Shown here: one piece after another, positions 29,817 to 45,886 of the stretch
Numbering within the stretch: the first letter of the stretch is position 1
Layout of the letters: each line of letters begins with the position of its first letter
Assembly (NCBI GenBank): GCA_964016885.1
Contig: OZ024743.1
Span: 104,966,001-105,030,000 of the forward strand
Direction of reading: 5' to 3'
DNA length: 64,000 nucleotides
Source: Eledone cirrhosa
Taxonomy: Eukaryota
Made by a program: the position numbers and the translations under genes
Notes under the pieces: generated by a model
Database searches by the model: none
The model's input: the letters and a program-made list of their open reading frames with translations, nothing else
Told to the model about the DNA's origin: nothing

Positions 29817-30170
29817 TAAATAGTATACCCCACTTATGTGGATTTTTAATAGAAATGTTTAATTTTGACATAGATAAACTATTTTTATTTTTTTATTTTA
29901 TTTTAATTTATTTTTATATAAACAACTTTTTTTCGAAAGCCTTAAATTTTCGCCCAAACCTTCGTAGATTTTGTAAACAAACTATGACGTCATATGTTTT
30001 TCTACGTTTATAAATCATTCTAGCAATTACCTTTATTTACTTGTTGATATTAAATAATAATTAAATAGTATACCCCACATATATGAATTTTTAATAGAAA
30101 TTTTTAATTTTGACATAGATAGACTATTTTAATTTTTTTATTTTATTTTAATTTATTTTATATAAAAATC
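29817..30170. repeat. Direct duplication of a ~110 bp AT-rich segment (29817 and 30062)
   Basis: TAAATAGTATACCCCAC...TTTTGACATAGAT occurs twice. Confidence 0.8.
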
Positions 30171-30267
30171 TTTTTTTATACTTATTTTAATTTAATTTAA
30201 TTTTATGTTATTAATACATTTTTACACTTCTTAATCCAAGTTTTAGTATTTAAACCCAATACAAAAT

Positions 30268-30450
30268 AATTGTTTCTACTTTTGGACAAGGCCAGCAATT
30301 ATCCCAGTGTATTACTGGTACTTTATTTAATCGACCCTGTAAGGATGAAAGGCAACGTTAACCTCGGCGGGATTTGAACTCAGTCCGTAAAGGGATGTAA
30401 CTGTGCTGCAAAGCATGGCGTCCGACCCTCTACCGATACTGCCAATCCCC
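30268..30450 (-). mobile_element. tRNA-derived SINE family B
   Basis: Reverse complement of 48823-49010. Confidence 0.85.
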
Positions 30451-30798
30451 CGATATAAAACCCAATATATAATAATACACCCGGTTTCTATATTTTAGAC
30501 CTCTAATATTTGAATACCATCTATAATATTCGCACATACACCTCATCAATTTACTTTTTAACCGTTATCTACAGCTGTTTTCATTTTGACAGCGTCCCTG
30601 ATCTCTTCTCTCTTTCTCTTTCTTTCTCTTCCTTCTTTATTTTTTCTTTTTTTCCTCTCCTCACTTTCTTTTTCCTTTTTCTCCTTCTTTTCCTTTTTTC
30701 TATTTTCCTATCTTTTTCTTACTATTATATTTTCTGTCATATGTAGGGTTTGTACTTTCCTGTAGACAAGTGTTTTTAGGCCTCATATCATGTTACCT

Positions 30799-30868
30799 TA
30801 TTTTATCTGATGAGATCTCAATTTTTGTCCCAGGATGATGTTGTTTTAGAAATGCGTATAATAAAATA
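30799..30868 (+). ncRNA. Minimal type I hammerhead
   Basis: TATTTTAT-CTGATGA-...-GAAA-TGCGTA-TA-ATAAAATA; 8-bp stem I, stem II decayed. Confidence 0.62.
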
Positions 30869-30912
30869 TATGGAACTTCTTTAACCATCTTTTAATTTCT
30901 TCTTTTATATAT

Positions 30913-30967
<55 letters not shown>

Positions 30968-31813
30968 AGAAACTATGACCCCGACGGTAGACCTCAAGCC
31001 GTTTCGACGGCTATTTCTGGACTAAAGTAAGAGTTTTTTTAGTCTGGTAAATAAATAGCCGGACTTTTCAAGGGTACTTCCTTATATGGGAAGATTGTAG
31101 TTGTCAAGGGGATTGGTCAAAATTTGTAGTGGACAGAGAAAAGTCCATCATGGCAGTGAACGATAGGGAAGTGGCTAGAGCCGGTCAAGCGTAGAAGGTG
31201 AAATCTACACGGCAAATTCTAAGGAATGTGAATGAAAGTCGGCCAGAGGAGGTTGGCGAAAAAAGATATCTTTAGAAAGTGGAGGAGGGACGTTATATAA
31301 ATAGTAAATCAAATGAGATTAGGGGACAAAAACAAATTATAATAAAAAAGAATATAATAAAACATGAGAGAAAGATGTAACAGAAAGTAAGATTGGAAAG
31401 TGAGAAGTGAAATAAGGAGTCTAACACAGTTGCTATATTTCGGCCAAAGCCACAGAATGAGTTGCTAGATGAGAATAATTGAAAAATTTAGAATTAAAAA
31501 TTAATACCACATATCTGGGGTCTAACACAGCTGCTATGAATAGTTAGTATAGCGTAATCGGCGAATGCTATCTGTAAGTTACTGGGGTGGGGGTACTGAG
31601 GCTAAAGAGGCTCGATGGGTTGCCTCGTGGTAGGCGAAAGGGGAAAAAGAAAAACAAAGAAACGAACGAGGAAGAAGTTCGGTGGTGGAAAGAAGTGATA
31701 GGGGAAGACAAAGGGAAGAAGAAAACATGGAGGAAAAGAAAAGAGGTACATCTACCTATATCAGTAGGGGTTTACCCTAACTTATTCGGCAAGTGGGGTG
31801 TTTCAGCCCTAGT

Positions 31814-33365
31814 CTACCCACCCGGATCGTTAGGGCGTTTGAGGGCGAGGTAAGTCTTCCACAATCTGTGTTTGCATGCAGTTACCAGTTCGTCTTTTTT
31901 GTTTAGGAGTTGATCCTTCGTAAACAGCATTTGTAATGTTTCCCCCGAGCATAAGTTACACGGACGGCGTCCTCCCGTGTAAGAGTTAGCTCTGGACAGT
32001 AAGCTCCAAGTAAGATGGTAAGTTATATTATTATCTTGGAGGTCCCAGATATGGTCCGAAAGTGTGGTGGCATGTCGCCGGACCGGGTTCCGGAACGTAT
32101 GTCGGTGTTGGTAGAGCCGGGTCTTAAAGTCACAAGCGGTTAATCCTATATAAGCTTTGTTGGAGGTGTCCGTCCTCATGTTGCACTGGTAGATTACGTT
32201 ACATTCTCGGCATCTGTTGTTGAGGGGGCACGTAGATCCCTCAGGGCAGTTACACCTCCTGGTCGGTTCTCCACTAATTTATTGGTTGTTTCTTCCATAG
32301 GGGTTGAGTCTTTTGTTGTTTGAGGAGACGATGTTTTGTGCGAAGTTGGGTGTGGTGCTGTAGGATAGCTTGATAGTCTTTTTGTTGATTATGTTGTGGT
32401 AGTGGTGTTGTGGTGGAAAGTGTTTTTTTAGGAGCCTAAAGAAGATTTTCCCGATAGGTGTTGCCACCTCGGCATTGTGGGGAGTATTGAACCACGTTAC
32501 GTGGTGTGAGCGGCGGTGTTGCCTGCTGGTTCCGCTAAGGGAAGCTGGATAAAATGATATTTCCTCCCGAAAGCCACTCCGCTTGAGGGCCTGATTGCAA
32601 TGAGGCGCATGTTAGTCGAATATCTGCTCATTAGCGGACAAACGAGATATGCGGAGGGAGGTATTTTTAACCAGATTATTGGTGATGTTTTCCAGGATGG
32701 TTAGAGCGGCGATGGATGTAGTGCAGGTTGTCGTTTGGTTTCCTGTATGGGTAATACAGGTCATTTTCGAGGTTGAGGGTAATGTCCAGGAAATTGACTC
32801 GGGTTAGGGACGTTTGTAGGGTGATTTTAAATCCCCAGTCCCGGAAAAAGTTGATAAGTTGTTTACGGACCCGGTCTGTACTACTGGGGTTGTACCCTTT
32901 GAGGGTAAGGAGCCCATCGTCTCGGTACAAAGCACCGCCGAATGCGGAAACATTTAGGTGAGTCTAAATAGTAGGAATAATCCTATAAGATCGGTGACCT
33001 CGGCCGAATCGGTCGCACCCATGCTGACGTCGAAGGGGGAGTCGGGAGCTCTCTTTATCCAGTTGAGGTTGTCGAAAAGTAGGACTGTCTTCCTAGCGTG
33101 GAGAATGATATTTCTTTCCTGGTCGGTGATGGGCGCGAGTGTTTCGGCAAAGTCCAAGGCGGCTCTAAGGAGCGGTAAGGTAATAGATGCATAGTAACTC
33201 TCTATGTCGAACTGGATGAATTTGGTGTCCCGTTTGTTCGACATATTCCTTAACGATGAGATGGCTTCCTGGGTGCTGACCCATAGGCTAAGTCTCACGT
33301 TTTGCTTGACTTTCGGTATAACGCGGTCTAGGATTTTTTTTACTGATTCTCCCTATGTCCGACTT
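31814..33365 (-). pseudogene. PLE RT plus GIY-YIG, frameshifted
   Basis: FIQFDIESYY, FDVSMG, YRDDGL, VNFLDITL, YRKPN, YIGLTACDFKTRLYQH, CNLC..E, LLNKKDEL..CKHR. Confidence 0.9.
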
Positions 33366-34230
33366 CGTCTTGTCACTTTAAGACCCAGTTCTACCAACAC
33401 CGACATACGTTCCGGAACCCGGTCCGGCGACATGCCACCACACTTTCGGACCATACCGGTGGGTAGACTAGGGCTGAAACACCCCACTTGCCGAATAAGA
33501 TAGGGTAAACTCCTACTGATATAGGTAGATGCACCTCTTTTCTTTTCCTCCATGTTTTCTTCTTCCCTTTGTCTTCCCCTACCACTTCTTTCCACCACCG
33601 AACTTCTTCCTCGTTCGTTTCTTTGTTTTTTTTCCCTTTCGCCTACACCGAGGCAGCCCATCGGGCCTCTTTAGCCTCAGTACCCCAACCCCAGTAACTT
33701 ACAGATAGCATTCGCCAATTACGCTATACTAACTATTCATAGCAGATGTATTAGACCCCAGATATGTGGTATTAATTTTTAATTCTAAATTTTTCAATTA
33801 TTCTCATCTAGCAATTCATTCTGTGGCTTTGGCCGAAATATAGCAACTCTGTTAGACTCCTTATTTCACTTCTCACTTTCCAATCTTACTTTCTGTTACA
33901 TCTTTCTCTCATTTTTTATTATATTCTTTTTTATTATAATTTTTTTTTGTCCCCTAATCGCATTTGATTTATTATTTCTATAACATCCCTCCTCCACTTT
34001 CTAAAGATATCTTTTTTCGCCAACCTCCCTGGCCTCCTTTCATTCACATTCCTTAGAATTTGCCGTGTAGATTTCACCTTCTACGCTTGACCGGCTCTAG
34101 CCACTCCCCTATCGTTCTACAGGCAAGTTCAGCCATTTTCACCCTGAAACCACTGCCATGATAGACTTTTCTGTGTCCGCTACAAATTTTGACCAATCGT
34201 CTTGACAACTACAATCTTCCCATATAAAGA

Positions 34231-34337
34231 AGTACCCATGAAAAGTTCGGCTATTTATTTACCAGACTAAAAAAACTCTTACTTTAGTCCAGAAATAGCC
34301 GTCGAAACGGCTTGAGCTCTGCCGTCGGGGTCATACT
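34231..34337 (+). ncRNA. Decayed type I hammerhead with long stem II (inverse copy at 30975-31078)
   Basis: ACCC-(A/T)TGAAAA-..CGGCTATTT...AAATAGCCG..-GAAA-CGGC-loop-GCCG-TC-GGGGT; the core differs from CTGAAGA at two positions. Confidence 0.55.
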
Positions 34338-34423
34338 TTCTCCTATTACTCACTCTACTACCCTAAGTATTGAGTACTCTGGTGCGTTATGGTCCATCTC
34401 GTTCCTTACCACAACTTCTCCGT

Positions 34424-34458
<35 letters not shown>

Positions 34459-34944
34459 ATGAATGTGTGTGATTGAGTGTGTAAGTGCGTGTGTGTACAT
34501 GTGTGAGTATGTTCATACCCTCTGTATGTACCAGATTTAAAATATACCGAATTTAAAGAAAAATGACACTATTCCGTACGATTGTCTAATTTGAAGTTAA
34601 TACACAAGCAAGGCCGCATCGGTAAGAAAACGATTCATACATCACAGCCATATTACAGTAATTTGCAAGAATCAATTATCCAATTGTCACATGTTGAATT
34701 ACTACTTTTTCTTAAGGTGAGAAAATAATGTTAGACTGGACGGCAATGCAGAGGTGGCATTTATCTTATTAACCTCCGAGTAATGAAAGTCATAGTCAAC
34801 CCCAAAGAATTTGTAGACAGAAAGTTTGATAGCAAGGAATTAAATATATTATAGGAAGGAATTTTAATGGTTATAATCTGGCATTCTCTACATGCCTCGA
34901 TTTCCTAATAAAGAAATCACACACAAAGATAAACATACATTAAT

Positions 34945-35070
<126 letters not shown>

Positions 35071-35105
35071 TACAAACATACGTACATATGTACATATATA
35101 CGTAC

Positions 35106-35167
<62 letters not shown>

Positions 35168-35679
35168 TTGCTCGCATGCAAAGTCATGTAATGTAATAGA
35201 GAAATGAATATTAATGAAGATATAACTTTTTTATTATAACAAATTAGGAAGCATATCAAATTATTACAACATATTTCGAAATATGAAACTAAAATAATTT
35301 ATTGAAGAAAAACATGGCAGTTTTAAAAGTGTCAAAAATTATTCCTCCCAGTTGCTAGACGTAAGGCACATCGCGTGTTTTTCTCTTATCAGATTGGTAT
35401 CACTCGGGTACGAATGGATGTGCATGTACATGAAAAAACTCTCAACTAACCATATATACACACATACACACATTCGTACATATCGACATACATTGCATTA
35501 CATGCATACATATATGCATACATATATGCATGCATAGATACATACATATAGTCGCTCACACAAAAACACACAAACACAACGAATGTATATATGTATGTAT
35601 ATACAAACACACACAGACACACACACATATATATATAAAGACACACACACCCAACTCACTCAATCTCCCCCCTCTCTCA

Positions 35680-35778
<99 letters not shown>

Positions 35779-35812
35779 TATATACACGTATATATACACG
35801 TATATATACACG

Positions 35813-35849
<37 letters not shown>

Positions 35850-35890
35850 GATATTAAATAAATGGAAACTATATTTATAAAACCATATTT

Positions 35891-35954
35891 ATTTCATTAT
35901 ATATATTTCAGGGATATCATATTAACAATATGCTATGCCTTCCTCAGACAAAAT
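35891..35954 (-). ncRNA. Minimal type I hammerhead (54294 family)
   Basis: ATTTTGT-CTGAGGA...GAAA-TATATA-TA-ATGAAAT. Confidence 0.68.
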
Positions 35955-36104
35955 ACAATATAGACAGTTTTATAGATAAATAGATTTGACATACCGTTCA
36001 ACATCGACTTGTATTTGAAAAGTTGATTTGGCAGTAAATATTTACTAGTTGTAACCCAACAAAATTTAAATATAACTTTCCATATATATATATATATATA
36101 TATA

Positions 36105-36145
<41 letters not shown>

Positions 36146-36279
36146 TAAATAACAGATTAACGTTTAAGCAAAGAATCGCTGCTTTCACCCTTAACGGGAT
36201 CTTCTGAAACTAATATATTTGATATATATTTATCCTTATCGAGCCCTCTTTGGATTTTAGTCTTCAAATTTATTATTAT

Positions 36280-36339
<60 letters not shown>

Positions 36340-36505
36340 ATCAGGATATAATCAGTTTGAAACTAGTTAGACCATTACTCAACAGAGTACTCGATTTTGG
36401 GGTAGTAGAGTATGGCTATATAATAAAGAGTATGGAACTAGCGGTTGAAACAGCAAGAGCTCAGCCGTCTTGTCCCGACCCTTTATTATACATACATACT
36501 GCACA

Positions 36506-36548
<43 letters not shown>

Positions 36549-36922
36549 TAGAACACTGGAAGGTTATATGAATAACTGTAGAGCACTCAGTCCATGGGAC
36601 GAGTTTGGTAGAAGACTCAGACCGAGCTGAAGATCCACATTTGTTCTCGGTACGGTCAAATAACTGTTGTGGAACTACTTCTCTCACCCCCTCTCTCTCT
36701 CTATATATATATATATATTTATATATATGATCAGAGCAAACAGCACGGACACTCTATCTCAAAATTATTTTTGAAAAGCATTTAGAAATGCGCAACCGGT
36801 AAAAACTTAAAAACTTAAAACCACAACTGAATACCAACCCATACAATCACTAATACTCTTTTATTCCTAATTAAACCATTTTTCAACTGTGAACAATTTG
36901 TCAGCATTTTCTATTCCGTTTA

Positions 36923-36954
<32 letters not shown>

Positions 36955-36962
<8 letters not shown>

Positions 36963-37735
36963 TAAATTCAGTCCTTCATCAGTGATCTTCGAACCTTCAT
37001 TGGTATTTCATCGCTTTAAAGACCATATACCTCCGGTTGGTGCGAGCAACGGCTAAAGAAAGTCAAAGATGGTAATGCAACGAAAATTGAGGAAGAAGGA
37101 GTCAAGTCCCTGAAATCGATGAACATAAGTTCTGTGAAATCGTGGACGAGAGAGAATAAAGACCATCAAACCTGATCGAAATGTGAGTAAGGAAAGAATT
37201 GCGCACAGGTCAAACGGGAAGAAGAAGGAGTCTAGTCCCTGAATTCGGTGAACATAAGTTCTGTGAAATGGTAGACGAGAGAGAATAAAGACCATACGAC
37301 CTGGTCGAAGTGTGCGTGAGGAAAGAATCTCGCACAGGTCAAACGGTAGGAAGTAGGAGAGGGAGTAGCAGAGAGTGAGTGAGTGAAAGTGTGAGGAAGA
37401 GGCTAACAGAGAGAGTGACTGTTAGAGGGGTAAAAGGAAGTGAGAGATACAGAGAAAAGGGGAAGCAGTAAGAAAGAAACAGACGGGTCACAGCGGAGGA
37501 AATTATGTATGAATATGAAAACATGGCGTGCTGCGTGGTTGCGCATGGGTTACATATGAATAAATTTAGTCCTTCATCAGTGATCTTCCAACCTTCATTG
37601 GTATTTCATGACTTTAAAAACCATATACCTCCGGTTGGTGCGAGCAACGGCTAAAGAAAGTTATAGGGGGAACGGGCGAGACAGTAAACAATCAAAGAAG
37701 GTAATGCAACGAAAAATGAGGAAGAGGAGTCCCTG
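36955..37735 (-). mobile_element. 1.3 tandem units (period ~598 bp) of the permuted-hammerhead family
   Basis: TCATCAG at 36976 and 37574 in the same sequence context. Confidence 0.85.
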
Positions 37736-37740
37736 ATATC

Positions 37741-37960
37741 GACAGTCGATCGACTTTCGTCAAATCGGACCGAGGAAACAATGTTTCCATTGGTCTTCCC
37801 AATTGCTAATACTATCTATCAGTCGCAACTCCAGGTAGAAGGAGCAACGTGAAATAAAGTGTCTTGCTCAAGGACATAACGCATCCCCCGGTCCGGGAAT
37901 CGAACTCACAACCTCACGATTGTGAATCCAATTATCTAACCACTCAGCTATGCGCCTCCA
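37741..37960 (-). mobile_element. tRNA-derived SINE family A
   Basis: Homologous to 27515-27733. Confidence 0.85.
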
Positions 37961-38222
37961 CACACACACACACACATATATATATATACATACATACACA
38001 TATATGCCCAACAGACATGCTCATATATATATATATATATATGTGTGTCAGTGTATGGGGCATCATGGGTGTTATTAACAGGAATATATATGTTTTTAGT
38101 GCATGAATATATGCCCCGAGTCATCCCGCTTAAAAAATGGGTATATAGATATATACATACATACATACATACATTCATACATATATACATGAATATACAT
38201 AAATGCATTCGTATATGTATAC

Positions 38223-38896
38223 TTACCATCAATTCCAAGGGTCTAGGTTTGTTATATATATATATGTACATGTATATATATATATATATATGAATATGTC
38301 ATTTATTTTGTCTGACCTGTTTGGCTTGACTTGCTTTTTTTTGGCTTAAGTAGTTAATGGCTTCTTGACCGCCTTCTCAGTTTGTATGGCCTTTATAACC
38401 TATGTTTATTGCTCTGATCTGTTTTAGCCCATGGAGCGATTGCCAACACGACTCGGAATTTGCGTTACGTCTCGCTTTTTCTACCCGCTGAAATGCGATT
38501 CTCGCTGAATTTATATTTGTATTAATTTCCAGAGTCTTACAATTAACCTGTTAATAATTCTATTGATCGATTAATTGCATAAGTTTATTTTAAAAACTAC
38601 CTGGTTGAGTGCTTAATCGATTTGTGGTATTTATGCAATTTTTTGCATGGATTTACACATACGGAATTCATTTGCCAAAATCTGGGGTTTTCCTTGTGAG
38701 TTACGCATGTGCTTTTACACAACACTGTGTCATCCACAAGACTGGCGCAGAACAAAATACCTGTTGATAACGTGATATTGCTCGTTCGATCTTTATACCA
38801 AAAGCTTATTGTTTTAAGTAGACAGTATTATTGATTTAAGTGTCACAGAAACCCTGGTATTGGATTTTACCATCAATTCCAAAGGTCCAGGATTGT

Positions 38897-38898
<2 letters not shown>
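38223..38898 (+). mobile_element. Retrozyme-like monomer (period ~644 bp) with a decayed hammerhead at 38754-38868; partial copy at 40378-40595
   Basis: Terminal direct repeat TTACCATCAATTCCAA.GGTC.AGG.TTGTTATA; TTGATAA-c-GTGATA...TGTCAC-a-GAAA-CC-ct-GG-TA. Confidence 0.6.
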
Positions 38899-40240
<1,342 letters not shown>

Positions 40241-40269
40241 AACCTTCGTTTTGTGTAGAAAATTACACT

Positions 40270-40376
<107 letters not shown>

Positions 40377-40590
40377 TGAATATGTTATTTATTTTGTCTG
40401 ACCTGTTTGGCTTGACTTGTTCTTTGGCTTAGGTGGTTAATGGCTTCTTGACCGCCTTCTCAGTTTGTATGGTGTTTATAACCTATGTTTAGTGCTCTGG
40501 TCTCTTTAGCCCACGGAACGCTTGCCAGCATGACTCGGAATTTGCGTTACGTTTCGCTTTTTCTACCCGCCGAAATGCGATTCTCGCTGA

Positions 40591-40627
<37 letters not shown>

Positions 40628-40749
40628 AGAAAAAAAGAGAATCAGTGTTGAGACGAATGGAATTTATTGGACATATTACAATCGTTTCTCTGGCGACCAG
40701 CTCGAGGCCTACCGCATACGGACGCTTTAAGCATCCAACACCAATTACC

Positions 40750-40842
<93 letters not shown>

Positions 40843-40843
40843 C

Positions 40844-40888
<45 letters not shown>

Positions 40889-40969
40889 TATACATATATA
40901 TACATATTTATATATATATATATATACATATATATATGTATGTATATATATATATATACATATATATAT

Positions 40970-41045
<76 letters not shown>

Positions 41046-41431
41046 CGTGTGTTAATGACAATAGAAAATTGTCTATTCCTGTGTCAATGCGTATGAGTGT
41101 GAGTATTGGAGTTTTTGTGCTTGTTCTTGCTTAACTAAGTGCAAACAACAGCAGAGAATTGAATATCAGAATGGAAGAGCAGCATGTTAGATAACTGAAC
41201 ACCCTCCCTCAAATCCTTTTGATTTCTCTTGAAGCGATAAACTTCTAAAATATGTTCAGCTTATCGATATGATTGTGTCGTAAATATGGAGACACACAGC
41301 TGCATCAATTTCAGAACGTAATCTTTCAAAATCTCTTCCACCTCTCTTTCTCTCTCTGTAGTTTTCCTCTCACATATACACGTTCACACAAACACACAGA
41401 CAGACAATGATACACACACACACAGACAATG

Positions 41432-41540
<109 letters not shown>

Positions 41541-41681
41541 CACACACACAAACACATATATATATATATATATGTATATACATATATAAAATTAATGCAA
41601 AATGTATATGCATGTGCGTATTCAAACATACACACACCAAGAGTAGATACTTGTACTCACATATGCACACGCACGCACACG

Positions 41682-41724
<43 letters not shown>

Positions 41725-41904
41725 ACACATACACACACACACTCATACCATACATACGCATCATACACAAGTGCACACACACACACAGATATATATATAT
41801 GTGGAAATTTTACTTTGGAAAAAGAAATATGCCCGAATGTTCTCTTGTAATGTTAATTTGCAGGGTTTTTACTCTTTCTGTCAGTATTTCTTCATCAATT
41901 GCTA

Positions 41905-41918
41905 TAACAACAACAACA

Positions 41919-41962
<44 letters not shown>

Positions 41963-41986
41963 CACCCCCACCACCACCACCACCAT

Positions 41987-42046
<60 letters not shown>

Positions 42047-42093
42047 CACCACCACCACCACCACCACTACCACCACCACCACCACTATCCCTT

Positions 42094-42143
<50 letters not shown>

Positions 42144-42175
42144 GCTGCTACTGCTGCTGCTGCTGCTGCTGCTAT
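41905..42175. repeat. Compound trinucleotide microsatellite (CAA/CTA/CCA/CTG)n
   Basis: Direct inspection. Confidence 0.95.
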
Positions 42176-43225
42176 TATCATAGTGATTATTTTTTCTGGC
42201 GCCAGTTTTATGTGTATGCATATAAAAAAGAAACACCCTATAGAAATTTTTGAATTTTTTCGATCAATCATTTTTATACAACTGAAAATACTGCACTTAC
42301 ATAATAATAGTAATTATAATAGTAGCACTGGTATTATTATTATTAGTAGTAGTAGTAGTAGTAGTATCAATATTAATAATAATAGTAACTAAAAAGTGAA
42401 AAGCTAAAAAACTAAGGAATACATAATTGTTTCTGGAATACATAATGTTTGTCAAGGGACATAATTTTGTTAAAGAATTTTGTGTTGAATGTTTTGGACG
42501 CCATTGTTTGAATACACCCGTTGTATTCCCATATGTATCACTTCTTCTTTATACTTCTGCTTCATTTCCACTACTTATTTTGTGCTTTAAAATATATTCT
42601 AGTTATATATATCGACTCCATGTGTTTACACCTATATATACATATTACCCATGCGTCTTACACCTGTATATATACATTTTATCCAGGTCTCTTACACCGG
42701 GGTATGAACACAGACCCCATGTCTCTCATACCAGGATATATGAATGCTACATATGTGTCTTACATCTAGATATATAGATAGTGCCCGAATGACTCTGGAC
42801 TAGAAAACCTTCATTTTAAAGACTAATTGTAGTAACTGATACCTGTGTATTAATGATTGCCAATTAAATTACAAAGCTAACAATTTTAGAAGAAAGGGAA
42901 AATCGATTATATCGACCCCAGTATTTAAAAGATATTTCATTTTATCGATTCGCAGACGCAACAAAAGCAGAGCAGACCTCGATGGGATTTGAACTAAGAA
43001 CATAGAGTCGTAATTAAATGTTATAAAGCATTTGTCTCACGCTCTAACGACCCTGTCAATCAATGCACTTACGCTTGTACCTTAATGCTGCTATATATTT
43101 TAGGGTATGCATGTATGGATCCGTAACTACTGATGGAGTCGTAGGGGTGTCACAGTAAAATACGTCAAGACTTGGGAATTGGCGGAGACCAACTCCTCTC
43201 CAGGTCTGAACACAGGCAATTCCTG

Positions 43226-43260
<35 letters not shown>

Positions 43261-43462
43261 TAGAGAGAGAGTCATATAGAGGAAGTGAGGAAAAGATATA
43301 GAAGAAAAATCAATCCCAGTACTGGACTGATATTTTCTTTATATTGATCTCGAAAGGATGAAAGGCGAAGTTGAACTCAGAACGCCGAGACCCGAAACAA
43401 ATACAGCAAACTATTCTATAAGACGTTCTAACGACTCTGACAATTCCCCATCCTTTTTTAGG

Positions 43463-43762
43463 TTATATAAATCTATTTTCTATTAAAGGCAGCCATATAA
43501 ATCTGATGTTAGATTTAGATTTACTGATTCGTTTTGCAGCAAACGCTATATGTACTGCTTCCTTGAGTCTTCTATGTCGCCACCGTGGTTCGCAGTCAAT
43601 TACAAAAATTTCATTCCATAACGCTAAATAATTTTCTCTTCCGCACCATATATATTCAACCATTTCTGACGTATATGTTAAAGCCTTTCGATGTTCATTA
43701 AATGTCTGTCGATGTTCATTTATTCTGACCTTTAAGTGCCTCCTTGTTTCTCTGTAAGACAA
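43463..43762 (-). pseudogene. Decayed PLE GIY-YIG endonuclease fragment
   Basis: Y.ETRRHLKVRINEH...RRLKEAVHI...W.PL. Confidence 0.7.
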
Positions 43763-44051
43763 TACACTAACATATTCGATATTAAAGATGAAGTTCTAGC
43801 TATGTCTAGGTAGGTTAAACTTTAGTAAGGAATCGTAAAGAGTGATCTTTATATATATATATATATATATATATAAATATATATATACAGAGAGAGAGAG
43901 AGATTTTGAGTATATGTTGGTTGTATACCAACACCTCAGTATGCAGAATGGAGCACTCGACGAAGTGCGCAGGTTGGGTTGGTTACTCCGGAGTAATATA
44001 AAATAAAATAAAATAAATAAGTCAAATGTTTAAAATTTAGCTTCGTTTATT

Positions 44052-44106
44052 ACTGCTATATATATTTCGGTGACAGCGATCTTTGGCTGTGACCTCTTCA
44101 GGCAGT
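44052..44106 (-). ncRNA. Intact minimal type I hammerhead
   Basis: ACTGC-CTGAAGA-GGTcACAGC..GCTGTcACC-GAAA-TATATA-TA-GCAGT. Confidence 0.85.
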
Positions 44107-44246
44107 CCGAATTAGTGTGGTATAGACAAGTACATATGTTGTTGAGGTGTATAACCTTGTCAATACTCTGATATGCCCAGTTCCTGGTTGGGTTGTTATT
44201 TCACTGAGGAACTGGAATCATATGATTTGACTTATTTATTTTATTT

Positions 44247-44289
<43 letters not shown>

Positions 44290-44361
44290 TAGATAGATAG
44301 ATAAATAAATTACCAGTTGAGTACTGGGCTCGATTCTTCCTTTATCGCTACCCTTTCTCAA

Positions 44362-44465
<104 letters not shown>

Positions 44466-44955
44466 CAGAGAGAGAGAGGTTGAGAAAAGGTAGAAATAAA
44501 GGAAGAATCGAGCCCAGTACTCAACTGGTAATTTATTTATCGACCTCGAAGGTATGAAAGAAAGTTGACCTTGGTCAGATTTGAACTCACCGGGTAGTGA
44601 TTCAGAAAGAATACTGTAGCACTTTTAATTCGTCGCCCAAACTATGTCAATTCACTGCCTTGAATTATAGTGAAACATTTGTGAAGTTTGATGTTATATG
44701 TTGCAAATTCTCTGTCATTTAAAACACTTTAAATTGAACGGACACAAATAGTTGAATGGCTTCACATGTAGCATTTATTTTGTGTATGTGTGTGTGTGTG
44801 TGTGCTCGCACGCGTGTGTGCATTTTGTACGTGTGTGTGTGTGTGTGTGTGTGCATGTGTGTGTATGTATGCATGCATGTATGTATGTATGTTCTGGTTT
44901 TATAATTTCACAAATTTTTGCCAATAGAGAGAGAGTCGGTTTCTAACATAGACAT

Positions 44956-45133
44956 AATTGTTTCTACTTTAGGCACAAGGCCAGCAATTACCCAGTACAT
45001 TACTGGTACTTTATTTTATCGACCCCGTAAGGATGAAAGGCAAAGTTAACCTCAGGGGGATTTGAACTCAGACTGTAAAGGGACGTAACTATGCTAGAAA
45101 GCATGGCGTCCAACCCTCTAACGATACTGCCAA
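44956..45133 (-). mobile_element. tRNA-derived SINE family B (older or partial relatives at ~42880-43060, 43312-43450, 44505-44660, 46530-46670, 46883-46962, 61388-61583, 63270-63381)
   Basis: Shared TTTATCGACCCC..AAGGATGAAAGGCAAAGT..ACCTC..GGATTTGAACTC. Confidence 0.85.
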
Positions 45134-45139
45134 GACATA

Positions 45140-45885
45140 ATACTCTCTCATTGGAATTTACACAACATCAACTAGGTAGATATGTATGCATGTCTGCATG
45201 CATCCATGTGTAGATATGGATGTTATTGTATGTGTGGATGTGTATGTTTTGAGTTGTATGTGTGTATGTGTATATGCTTAGTATCTGTACATGTGTATAT
45301 GCAGTTATTAGATGCAACATTTTTGGAATGTGTTTACATATTTTTACTGTCCCATTAATGCATTGTACTTGTAATTTCCTAACTAGTTGTGTTCTTTCTG
45401 TTCCTGTGAAGCCTTGCTTCTCAAGATTTGTATTGAGGCAGTTACTAACACATCCCAGTGCCCCAATAATCACAGGCATAAATCTGAAGGTATAATCAGG
45501 GTGGAGTATCTGCAGATTTCTCATCAGTCCTGCATAGATATTCTCCTTTTCGCTAATCTTTGATATTATATTGGCATCTGCTGGGCAGCTAACTTCCACT
45601 ACTGTGCATGCCTTCTTTTCCCTGTCCTATATCATTATATCTGGTCTGTTATGCCTGCATGTTATTGGGGTTTTTACCGGAACATTCCACTAGTATTCCT
45701 TCATATTGTGTATATGTATGTCTTCCACATTGCTGTAGCTTTTAATGTGTTTATTATCGGGGCTATATTTTCTACGGATTGCATTGTACAGTGTTTTGGC
45801 CACTACATCATGCCTCATAGGTAGATAGTACCGCGATGACATCTTTGGACATTTGCTTATGACATGGGTGACATCTTCGATGTTA
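45140..45885 (-). mobile_element. R4/Dong-clade 3' fragment (RLE domain plus 3' UTR)
   Basis: EDVTHVISKCPKMSSRYYLPMRHD, EVSCPAD, K..IYAGL, PVIIGALG. Confidence 0.85.
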
Positions 45886-45886
45886 A

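Larger units (their letters stand above)
30965..34425. mobile_element. Penelope-like element with inverted pLTRs (30965-31820 and 33458-34345) and an extra tail on the right arm
   Basis: Inverted ~860 bp arms; same family as 28250-29810. Confidence 0.92.
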